64,000 nt of DNA from Bradymonadia bacterium. Its GTDB lineage: Bacteria > Myxococcota_A > Bradymonadia > UBA7976 > UBA1532. The notes below the pieces were generated by a model. That model was not told the DNA's origin. It searched no databases and worked only from the letters and a program-made list of their open reading frames with translations. The DNA lies in NCBI GenBank assembly GCA_046290225.1, contig JBKAGE010000082.1, positions 64,001 through 128,000 on the forward strand, in the 5' to 3' direction. Shown here one piece after another: positions 56,152 through 64,000 of this stretch. Position numbers and translations under genes: made by a program. Each line of letters begins with the position of its first letter. Positions within the stretch are counted from its first letter, which is position 1.

Positions 56152-58181
56152 TCCCCCTCGACGCAGGTGCGCAGGTGACGGAACTCGGGCGCCCGGGCGA
56201 GGGCGAGCAGCACCTCGTCCAGGGGGGCGCCCTCGAGCAGCTGACCGCTGAGGCCTTCGATGAGGGCACGATCAGAGCGGTGCTCCGGTCGGCCGAAGGT
56301 GAACCGGAAGTATTGTTGGGCGAAGCAGCGATGGGCCTCGCCGCTGTCGAGGATCAAGGCCGTGGTGTCGATGGCGTCGGCGGCGGGGGTGTCGTCGCCG
56401 ATGATGACCTGGGGCACCGTCCCGGTCTCGATGGGGCGGCGCCCGATCTCGTCCCCCCACTCACCGTAGAGACGCTGCTCGCTGCGCAGGCGGCCGAGGG
56501 CGTCGAAGTTCTCCGTGGTGAAGCCCAACGGGTTGATGAAGCTCACGTGGCAGCCGGCGCAGACCGACTCGGGCTGCTCGGTGAGCTCTTCGACCACCTC
56601 GCGGCTGGTCATCTCCCCCGAGAGCTCGGGCTCTTGCACCATGACGTTGGGCGGCGGCGGGGGCACCTCGCCACAGAGCACCGCCTCCCGCAGGCGCACC
56701 CCCTTCATGATGGGTCGAGTGTTTGCTGATCCCGAGGCCACGAGGGCCGCTCGGGTGATGAGGCCCGCACGCTCTCGCTCCGGCAGCGGCTGGGGCTCAC
56801 CGCCTCGCCACGCCGTGGTGTCATAGATGGCCGCCAGAGCATCGTCTCGGGCGAAGTTGAGGGTGCTGGTGAAGAGGGCGTCGAGGTTGCCCGGGGCGGT
56901 GATGGCGTAGTGCACCCCGAGGGATACCACCTCGTCGATCATGGCCTGGCGCAGATCGTTGTGCACCTCGATGCCCTCGGAGAAAGCGTCGAAGACCGGC
57001 GTACCCCGAAGCCGGGTCACGTCAGGCAGCTCGTCGAGGCGCAACCACTCGGCGAAGAAGGCCTCCATCGAACGATGCGTGCGGGCGTCGCGGTACACGC
57101 GATCGAGCTGGGCCTCGAAGCCCGCCTCGGTGAGCAGGCTGCCGTCCTCTGCGGCGTCGAGCAGGGCCTCGTCGGGCATGGACTGCCAGAAATGATACGA
57201 GAGCCTGCTGGCGAGCTCGTAGGCGTCGACGGCGTAGATGCCCAGCTCGGCGTCGATCACGCCTTCATCCCCGGGCAGGCCGTGCTCCACCTGATAGAGC
57301 AGTCGTGGAGACGAGAGCATGGTGCCAAAGAGCGTGCTCAAGCCCACCCGCTCCGGCCACCACCAGGCGTCGTCGGGGTTCTCGGGCTCGCCGGCCTCGG
57401 ATCGGGCGGCGCTGTAGACGTCGATGTAGAAGTCGAGCTCGGTGTCGCTGAGGGGTCGGCGATGAACCAGACGGCCGACGCGCTGCACCATGGGGGTGAT
57501 GCAGTCGAGGCCTTCGTCGAGTAGGTCGCAATCCTGCAGCACCCGGCTGGCCCACCATGGCTGAGACAGCTCGTTGCCGAGCACGGTGGCGATGCGCAGT
57601 GCCGTCTCGACGTGCTCCTCGTAGACAGCCTGGTCCAGCCGCCGGAAGCCTCCACGGATTTCGTCAGGAGCCCCCACAGGGGTGTCTTCGGGCATGGCCT
57701 CGTTCCACTCGAGCATCACCCACCAGAAGTGCTCGTTCTCGGCGGTTTCGCCCACGATCACCCCGAGCAGATCGTTGATGGTGTTGAGGTACTGCGCCCG
57801 GGTCAGACGGCGCAGCGGCTGACCTGGAGCGTCGCACTGCTCACCGGGCTCGCCGCCCATGCCACCGGCACCAGCCATCCCACCTGCGCCCGCATTGCCT
57901 CCAGCGCCACCTTCACCTGCAACACCTCCAGCACCGCCGGGTACGCCTCCGGCGCCGGCTATGCCGCCAGCGCCTCCGGGGTCGCCGCCCATGCCTCCTG
58001 CCCCGGCCACCCCGCCCGCGCCAGCGGACCCACCTGCTCCACCTTCAAAGGCACCTGCGCCGCCAGCATTGCCGCCCATCGGCCCGGCACCGCTCTCGGC
58101 CCCGTCGTCACACCCCGCGCTCCAGCACGCGAGGGCGAGGGAGATCAGCACGCTGATCGAATTGCAGGGGGGGTGACGCAT
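56148..58181 (-). CDS. DUF1587/1595/1592/1588/1585 multidomain lipoprotein with CxxCH motif
   Basis: LRRLTRAQYLNTI, HRRPLS, YELASRLSYHFWQSMPD, RAGLIT, PIMKG, CAGCH, GFTTENFDALGR. Confidence 0.9.
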   Translation of the reverse strand: MRHPPCNSISVLISLALACWSAGCDDGAESGAGPMGGNAGGAGAFEGGAGGSAGAGGVAGAGGMGGDPGGAGGIAGAGGVPGGAGGVAGEGGAGGNAGAGGMAGAGGMGGEPGEQCDAPGQPLRRLTRAQYLNTINDLLGVIVGETAENEHFWWVMLEWNEAMPEDTPVGAPDEIRGGFRRLDQAVYEEHVETALRIATVLGNELSQPWWASRVLQDCDLLDEGLDCITPMVQRVGRLVHRRPLSDTELDFYIDVYSAARSEAGEPENPDDAWWWPERVGLSTLFGTMLSSPRLLYQVEHGLPGDEGVIDAELGIYAVDAYELASRLSYHFWQSMPDEALLDAAEDGSLLTEAGFEAQLDRVYRDARTHRSMEAFFAEWLRLDELPDVTRLRGTPVFDAFSEGIEVHNDLRQAMIDEVVSLGVHYAITAPGNLDALFTSTLNFARDDALAAIYDTTAWRGGEPQPLPERERAGLITRAALVASGSANTRPIMKGVRLREAVLCGEVPPPPPNVMVQEPELSGEMTSREVVEELTEQPESVCAGCHVSFINPLGFTTENFDALGRLRSEQRLYGEWGDEIGRRPIETGTVPQVIIGDDTPAADAIDTTALILDSGEAHRCFAQQYFRFTFGRPEHRSDRALIEGLSGQLLEGAPLDEVLLALARAPEFRHLRTCVEGE

Positions 58182-58342
58182 CTCTTCCTCCAGAGCAAAC
58201 CGTGTCGATGGAGCCATCACGCAAACCGAATGCCAGAGCGAGCCTCGTGGCTGGACGACGCCATTGCAAGGCGCCCTACCCTTCTGGCCCTGAGACGTAA
58301 GCAGATGTCACATGAGATGTCCCATGGGACACCGTGGGTCGG

Positions 58343-60142
58343 TCACGGCAGCTCTTCGCTCAAGCCACCCTCTCGATCGGGGCCCTCAGTCACCGAAAGC
58401 CCTCCGAGTTGACGCTGGCGATGCCGCCACTGGATGGCGTCGATGGCCAGCTCCGCCCGCTTGCGCAGGGTGCGGTTCACGAACCACCCCTCCGCAGCCT
58501 GCCGCAGCGCCGGGATCGCCTGCTCAGTGCCCACTGACTCAAGGGCCTCTGCGGCCCGGAGCCTCACCTGCAGCGTCGGCGCGTCGAGCAGTCGACAGAG
58601 CGCCCGACTCACACGCTCGGGTGCTTCCGCGAGGATGATCTCTGCAGCAGCCTCGGCCGCATCGGGCACATCGAGGAGATCGACGAACCCCTCTCCGTGT
58701 GTGCTCATGCCCGCGGCGTAGATCGCCTGGGCGCTTCGAAGGCGGGCTTCACCGCTCCTGCCGTGGGCTGCCGCGATGAGACCCTCTCGGGCGACCTCTC
58801 CTGGCAGCGCCGCGACAATGGCGCCCACATGGGCACCAAACTCCGGGTCTGCGCCGAGCTCGAGCAGGCTCTGCAGCAGACGCTCAGCGCTCCGAGCGGT
58901 GCTCGCCTCGAGCAGGCGCGCCGTGGCGCGGCGTACCTCTACAACCTCGTGCTCGAGCAAAGTGTCGAAGGCCTGTGGCAACTCGGCGAGGGCTGGATCC
59001 ACCACGCGCCGCAGCCGCGCCGCAGAGACCGCCCGCTCTGGTCCCCCCTCGCGGATCAGCGTCCTGAGCACCTGCAACGCAGCGTCGAAATCAACCTGCA
59101 CCCAAATCGCCAGGGCCTCGTTTGCCAAAGCCTCGTCAGCGTGCTGCGCAAGGTGAGCGCACACCTCGGCCACGCTGTCGGGCTCGACCGCCAGGAGCTG
59201 CTTCGCGAGGTGCAACACCCGGCGTGGATCTTCCAGGGCAGCGAGGGCCTCGCCGAGGCGGCCCAAGGCCCGCTCGGAGCCATCCGCAGCCAGGGCTTCG
59301 GCCCCCTTGGCGAACCACCACCAGCAGGGCGACTCCAGCGCGCGAAACAGCGCATCTTCGTAGGCGAGAGACGGCAGCGCCTTGAGGGCCTCCAGATGAT
59401 CGTACACAGCGTCGGGAGACAGTGATTCACCGATGGCTGCGAGGGCCGCTCGGGCGAGAGCGAGAGCTTGCCGGGTCTCAGCCCGCTCCTCGGGGCTCAT
59501 CCGCTCGAACAAGATGTACCAGGGGCCGTGATGCCGCACGGGGTGCAACGCCGCCCAAACCTCGTCGGGCAGATGATGCAGGGCCCGGCAGCTGCTGCAT
59601 CGCGTGATGCGGGGCGTGGCGCCGTCGACCCGCTGGCCCACATCACAGGCAGGGCACCTGATCCAGATGGGCTCGGTCACACCTGCGGGGGTGTGCTCGC
59701 CGGTCCCGTCTACGCCGTCGACCCCATAGATCTGCACCGCATCTGGGACCTGGGCCTTGAGCCACTCCGGCGGAGGGCAGGTCTCGCTCTGGGCCCCGCA
59801 CTCGGTGCACACCACTGGCCGGTTCCGACCGATGTCCGCCGCCGAGAGGAGCAAATCGGATCCACATTGCCAGCACAGCGGCCACTGGCGACCGTAGATC
59901 ACCTCCAGACCTTCACGGCCTGCGGCTGCCGCGTGGCGTGTCGCACCTACGGGCAACGCGTCGAGCCCCTGAGCCAAATCGAGGGCGAGGCCTGTATAGA
60001 CCCCTTCGGGGATCGACACCGCGGCCCCGCAGTGCTCACACGTCACCTCGGGGGTGGGCCCCAACAGCCGCACCTGGCCAGAGCACTCAGGGCACTCCAG
60101 CGCCATGCGGATCATGCCCCAGCGGTGGTGCTCAGGTCGCAT
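58343..60142 (-). CDS. triple Zn-ribbon plus HEAT-repeat protein
   Basis: Six CxxC pairs (CPEC/CEHC, CWQC/CTEC, CPAC/CSSC); VRRATARLL, VRLRAAEALESVG HEAT repeats; start uncertain. Confidence 0.8.
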   Translation of the reverse strand: MRPEHHRWGMIRMALECPECSGQVRLLGPTPEVTCEHCGAAVSIPEGVYTGLALDLAQGLDALPVGATRHAAAAGREGLEVIYGRQWPLCWQCGSDLLLSAADIGRNRPVVCTECGAQSETCPPPEWLKAQVPDAVQIYGVDGVDGTGEHTPAGVTEPIWIRCPACDVGQRVDGATPRITRCSSCRALHHLPDEVWAALHPVRHHGPWYILFERMSPEERAETRQALALARAALAAIGESLSPDAVYDHLEALKALPSLAYEDALFRALESPCWWWFAKGAEALAADGSERALGRLGEALAALEDPRRVLHLAKQLLAVEPDSVAEVCAHLAQHADEALANEALAIWVQVDFDAALQVLRTLIREGGPERAVSAARLRRVVDPALAELPQAFDTLLEHEVVEVRRATARLLEASTARSAERLLQSLLELGADPEFGAHVGAIVAALPGEVAREGLIAAAHGRSGEARLRSAQAIYAAGMSTHGEGFVDLLDVPDAAEAAAEIILAEAPERVSRALCRLLDAPTLQVRLRAAEALESVGTEQAIPALRQAAEGWFVNRTLRKRAELAIDAIQWRHRQRQLGGLSVTEGPDREGGLSEELP

Positions 60143-60989
60143 CAGCCTCGACGTCGTCCGGGATCTCTGCCTCAGCGACGCCCTCGTCTGCGTCACCTGC
60201 CACGCCCTCAGGCTCTGCTGTCAGTGCCGGCGTCTCAGCGCCCATCGGCGGGCCTTCGATGGCCCGCATCTCGGCATTGATCTCCGCCAGTACTCTGCGA
60301 GCCTCCAGCTGCTGTCGAGCGCGCTCCACCTCACCAGAGAGCTGCAACGCCTCAGTGCGGGTCCGGGCAGCCTCCAGGCGGGCGGTGATCTCCGTGAGCC
60401 CTTGGGCGTCACGGGCATCCTCGTCGCTGAACTGATCGAGGCCTGACTGGGCGAAGTGCTCCACGGCGATCTCGTCGATGCGAAACCCAAAGAGATCGCC
60501 ATCGACCCGCTCGAGGACGCGGGCGCTCAACCGTTCAGGCCCCTCAGCGAGCTCAGGGAACCCGCTCTCGACACAGGCGGTGATGAGCGCTTGTTGCAAC
60601 ACAGGGCTGAGCAGCTCGGAGACCGCCTCGGGATCGCTCACCCCACGAGGCCCCAGAGCCCTGGCTGCGGCGAGCACCCCTTCTCGGGTCGGGTCGACCC
60701 GCACGGTGCACGTGAGCACGATGTCGACGCGACAGCTGTCGGCGGTGATGAGGGCCGCTCTACGGCGACGGTCGAGGCGCAGATGTCGGGCGGTGAGATC
60801 GATGGTGGAGGTCTGATGCAACCCGGGCCAGACCAGCGCGCGCTCGAAGGCCACCTCGGTGGCGCCCCCGCGGGTGATGATCAGCGCACACCCCGGCGCG
60901 GGATGACGAAACAATCGCAACAATCGCCAGAGCTGAACGCTGACGACCCCTGCGAGCCAACCGAGCAAAATGTAAATCCAGGGGCTCAC
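60132..60989 (-). CDS. SPFH/flotillin (YqiK-like) domain membrane protein, short
   Basis: N-terminal TM; ALIITRGG..ALVWPGLH, LITADSCRVDI..VRVDPTREGVLAAARALG; start uncertain (60989 or 61019). Confidence 0.7.
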   Translation of the reverse strand: MSPWIYILLGWLAGVVSVQLWRLLRLFRHPAPGCALIITRGGATEVAFERALVWPGLHQTSTIDLTARHLRLDRRRRAALITADSCRVDIVLTCTVRVDPTREGVLAAARALGPRGVSDPEAVSELLSPVLQQALITACVESGFPELAEGPERLSARVLERVDGDLFGFRIDEIAVEHFAQSGLDQFSDEDARDAQGLTEITARLEAARTRTEALQLSGEVERARQQLEARRVLAEINAEMRAIEGPPMGAETPALTAEPEGVAGDADEGVAEAEIPDDVEADAT

Positions 60990-61061
60990 GGCGCCCAGTG
61001 TGCTGCCCCCAGCCGCCAAGGTCCAGCGTCTATACTCTCAATGTGGCCTGTGCAGATTGCC

Positions 61062-61844
61062 TCAGCAGGCCGGGGCTTCGGCCCAATCGTTCACAGGGGG
61101 CAGCCCCAACGCTTCGAGGCGGGGCAGGATCACCGTGCGCACGGTGTCGTAGAACAACGCTTGCGCAGCCTCGCCGTCACACAGGCCCAGCATGTGGCCG
61201 TCAGTCAACGATGGTCCGGGCTGCAGGTGAGCCACCTCATAGGCTTCGAGATGTCGCAGTGCCATCGGCAGCCACTCACCGAGGCGAGCGCGGCTCTCAG
61301 CGGACATCCACGGCAGGTGCTCTGCGAGCCAGCGCCAGCCAAAGCGACCGTGGCCCACCTCATCGGAGAGGATGCGGGTGAGCAGCCGACGCAGAGGCCC
61401 CTCGGGCATACCCAGACGCTCCGCCGTGATGAGCGACACCGCCACCGTCTCGCTCAAGCAACACACGCTGATGATGTTCCGAGCCACCGCCTCGAGCGGA
61501 TCGAGACCGGCGTGGGCAGGCATCTCGTCTGCAGTGGGCAGCGGCTGATCACCGAGGGCTGCGCCGCCGAGGGCCTCCACCACCGCCCCGCACAAGACCC
61601 CGTGCTCGCGCTCTTCTTGAGCGAAGCCCTTCAGAATCTCCACATCGCTCGCCCGACCGCCTGCAGCTTCGAGCTGATCGGCGAGGCCCTCGAACACCGC
61701 GCAGGATCCGTACTCGTTCATCATGCGGCCGCGCCAGGTGGCGAGGGCCGCTCGCCGAAGTGCGGGCTGCAGATCTTCGAAGTCGAGGCCACAGTGGCGC
61801 GCAGTGGCTTGAGCAGGTGCGCGCAAGTCGAGGGTGATGTTCAT
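61062..61844 (-). CDS. ferritin-like di-iron protein
   Basis: Four-helix carboxylate ligands: NEYGS, EEREH, SET, DEVGH; ATGA coupling to upstream gene. Confidence 0.85.
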   Translation of the reverse strand: MNITLDLRAPAQATARHCGLDFEDLQPALRRAALATWRGRMMNEYGSCAVFEGLADQLEAAGGRASDVEILKGFAQEEREHGVLCGAVVEALGGAALGDQPLPTADEMPAHAGLDPLEAVARNIISVCCLSETVAVSLITAERLGMPEGPLRRLLTRILSDEVGHGRFGWRWLAEHLPWMSAESRARLGEWLPMALRHLEAYEVAHLQPGPSLTDGHMLGLCDGEAAQALFYDTVRTVILPRLEALGLPPVNDWAEAPAC

Positions 61845-62344
61845 GCGATCGTCTCCCACGTGTCCGAGGGGGGCATCGGGGGGCCCCACACGTCACAGGC
61901 CGGGGAAGGCCACCCCTCGCGCTCACAGCACTCGGTGAAGGCCTCCCAATCTTCGTCGATCAGGGCCCGACACCCCAGATCTGCGTCAGCGAGCTCTGCA
62001 TCCCGCAGCGCCTCACCCATGTCGGACACCTCGGCGTCGGCAGATGGCAAATCTGCGTCGGCCAGGCCCCAATCGGCGTCGTCGACACCGCCATCGTCGA
62101 GCCATTGTCGATCGATGGGCTCACTGTCGACCTCGGCCATCCCCCCCTCACCCGACTCGACCTCGCCCCCAGCACCACCCATCTCACTCTCCGGTGCTGG
62201 GGGCTCAGTCTCGGGATCCTCGATGCATCCACCGAGGCTCAACGCGCCGGCGAGCACGGGCAGGGTGAAGCTGATCTGGGCAGCGGCCTTCAAGGCCAGA
62301 CGATGACGCTCTGCGCGGCTCAAGGGCTCCATGGGGCTCTCCAT
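61841..62344 (-). CDS. acidic lipoprotein with C-terminal Cys/Trp/Pro motif
   Basis: Lipobox LGGC, D/E/A-rich linker, GC..ECCEREGWPSPACDVWGPPMPP. Confidence 0.7.
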   Translation of the reverse strand: MESPMEPLSRAERHRLALKAAAQISFTLPVLAGALSLGGCIEDPETEPPAPESEMGGAGGEVESGEGGMAEVDSEPIDRQWLDDGGVDDADWGLADADLPSADAEVSDMGEALRDAELADADLGCRALIDEDWEAFTECCEREGWPSPACDVWGPPMPPSDTWETIA

Positions 62345-62414
62345 TCATCTGTGTATTGACACCATGACCGCGGTCCCGTCATCTGGTAAATCAGAACGTT
62401 CAAAACAGAATTAC

Positions 62415-62438
62415 TCGACAATCACGAACAATCATTCG
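62415..62438. promoter_or_regulatory. putative LysR binding site
   Basis: TCG-N7-CGA (T-N11-A) at 62415-62427 overlapping CGAA-N6-TTCG in the AT-rich divergent gap. Confidence 0.4.
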
Positions 62439-62446
62439 AGACGCCA

Positions 62447-63337
62447 ATGTGGCCTGATCCAGAGTCGCTTCGCTGCTTCCTCGAAGCCGCCAACCTGTTG
62501 AATTTTCGGGCAGCTTCGGGGCGAGTTCATCTCTCCCCTGCAGCCTTCAGCGAGCGAATCAAGGCCCTCGAAGGGCTGATCGGCGCCCCCCTTTTCACCC
62601 GCACCACCCGCTCCGTGAAGCTGACCGGCGCGGGTCAGCGCTTGATCCCCCTGGCCCGGGAAGCCCTCGCAGCAGGGCAACGCTGCCTCGAAGTGGGCCA
62701 GAGCGACGGCCCTGCCCCGGTGACCCTCACATTGGGCACCCGATACGAGCTGGGTATGAGCTGGCTCACGCCGTCGCTGTCTCAGCTGAGCACGGAAGCC
62801 CCCCACCGGCATCTGCACCTGATCTTTGGCGACACCCCCGCTCTGATGCGGGCGCTCCAACGCGGCGAAGCAGACGCCATCGTCACCAGCCACCGCCTGA
62901 GCCGCGGCGATCTGACGTATGTCTCGCTGCACCTCGAGCGTTACGTCTTCGTCGCCACACCCGAGTTGCTGAGCGCCCGGCCACTCACCTGCCCTGCAGA
63001 AGCTGAAGGCCACACCCTCCTGGACATCAGCCCGGACCTGCCACTGTTTCGATATTTTCTCGATGCCCGGCCGCCGGTAGAAGTCTGGGGCTTCACGGCG
63101 ATGTCGTACATGGGCACCATCGGCGCGGTGCGCGCTCGAATCCTCGAGCACTCGGGGGTCGCGGTGTTGCCACTCTATTTCGTCGAAGCCGACATCGATG
63201 CCGGACGCCTGACTCGTCTCTGCCCGGAGACGATGCTGCAACAAGACTATTTTCGACTGATTTGGCGCCGCGGCCACCGGGAGAGCGAGGCACTCACAGC
63301 CCTGGGCGAGCGCCTGAGCACGATGCCCCTCTGCTGA
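62447..63337 (+). CDS. LysR family transcriptional regulator
   Basis: LRCFLEAANLLNFRAAS..LSPAAFSERIKALE..LFTRTTRSVKLTGAG. Confidence 0.95.
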   Translation: MWPDPESLRCFLEAANLLNFRAASGRVHLSPAAFSERIKALEGLIGAPLFTRTTRSVKLTGAGQRLIPLAREALAAGQRCLEVGQSDGPAPVTLTLGTRYELGMSWLTPSLSQLSTEAPHRHLHLIFGDTPALMRALQRGEADAIVTSHRLSRGDLTYVSLHLERYVFVATPELLSARPLTCPAEAEGHTLLDISPDLPLFRYFLDARPPVEVWGFTAMSYMGTIGAVRARILEHSGVAVLPLYFVEADIDAGRLTRLCPETMLQQDYFRLIWRRGHRESEALTALGERLSTMPLC

Positions 63338-63355
63338 TCAGGCAGCGCAGCCCGC

Positions 63356-64000
63356 TCAGATTTGAGCCACCACCAGCGCGATGTTGTCCTGGCCTCCAGG
63401 ATGATCGCCTACGCCATTGAGCGCCCGCATGGCCAGACGTCGTGTATAGATGCGTGGCTGGGTACCGTTCTGGCGATAGAGATCGACGATGTCGTCGAGG
63501 CTCACTGAGGTCTCGGGCTGGCGGTAGTGGCACTCGTCGATGCCGTCGGTGAACACCATGAGCAGCTCACCGCCGGTACATTCGAACTCGAAGGTCTCTG
63601 CGTTGTGCGCCCCCAACGTGCCGGGCCAGGCAGGGCTGATGAAGGTGTTGAGCTTGCCGTTGAGCCGCCGGCCGCCCTCTGGTCCCACAGCGACGGCGCT
63701 GGAGTCACCGAAGCTCACCCCGAAGCCACGACCTGTGGCGCGATCGAAGATCACCACGAGCAGGGTGGCCTCAGACTCTTCTTGCGGATCATCGTCTTCG
63801 CGATGGGTGGCGGCGACGGCCTGCATGAGCCCCTCGGCCTCCGTCACCCCCTCGAGGGCTGCGGGCAGCCGCTCGATGAGCGCGTGGCTGGCAAAGGGCC
63901 CGAAGTGAGCATCAGAGACCGCCATCACGATGCGCGTGCCGTCGTCGTACCCGAGGAGGGCGTCCTCATTGGGCACGTCGGGATCGCGCTTGAACTGCAC
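63356..64000 (-). CDS. PP2C/SpoIIE-family phosphatase, partial (runs off window end)
   Basis: NEDA, AVSDAH, FGDS, FTDGI, QDNIALVV. Confidence 0.85.
   Translation of the reverse strand: MQFKRDPDVPNEDALLGYDDGTRIVMAVSDAHFGPFASHALIERLPAALEGVTEAEGLMQAVAATHREDDDPQEESEATLLVVIFDRATGRGFGVSFGDSSAVAVGPEGGRRLNGKLNTFISPAWPGTLGAHNAETFEFECTGGELLMVFTDGIDECHYRQPETSVSLDDIVDLYRQNGTQPRIYTRRLAMRALNGVGDHPGGQDNIALVVAQI

Noticed and set aside
57850..58080. Gly/Ala/Met-rich low-complexity repeats in several lipoproteins
   Set aside because: Ordinary flexible linkers of myxobacterial lipoproteins, not a separate element
62356..62392. TTGACA as -35 of the LysR promoter
   Set aside because: No acceptable -10 hexamer at 16-18 nt spacing
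1..64000. tRNA, rRNA, prophage or transposase genes
   Set aside because: None recognised by eye; tRNAscan-SE and Infernal would be needed to exclude small RNAs

Overview
High-GC bacterial chromosomal segment, most likely Myxococcota. That assignment is inferred from MYXO-CTERM-type sorting tails, Gly/Ala-linker lipoproteins, Cys-rich surface proteins, a Hanks-type kinase and a DUF1552/DUF1592 pair. About 50 genes are supported: a tolQ-tolR-tolA-tolB-pal operon, a split DUF4331 pair with a TPR gene, several secreted hydrolases (S8 protease, lipase-like, two Zn metalloproteases), a HelD-like ATPase, a small glycan-modification cluster, ndh, a TonB-receptor/lipoprotein operon, two tandem MYXO-CTERM paralogues, a two-component pair, LysR and a partial PP2C phosphatase. 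I saw no rRNA, tRNA, CRISPR array or transposase. Most notable: (1) two diverged copies (about 30.3 kb and 54.2 kb) of a ~300-bp non-coding element with 60-70 bp terminal inverted repeats built on (GGGCAC)5 and a conserved branched interior; (2) a two-gene unit divergent from LysR that couples an acidic lipoprotein ending in a Cys/Trp/Pro motif to a ferritin-like di-iron protein, a candidate protein/peptide-modification system; (3) an apparent bacterial homologue of the plant DUF538 family; (4) tandem alpha/alpha-barrel surface proteins with diversified loops; (5) an S8 protease with a triple GxGLGSSxRxF tail. All family assignments come from motifs recognised by eye; no database search was run.
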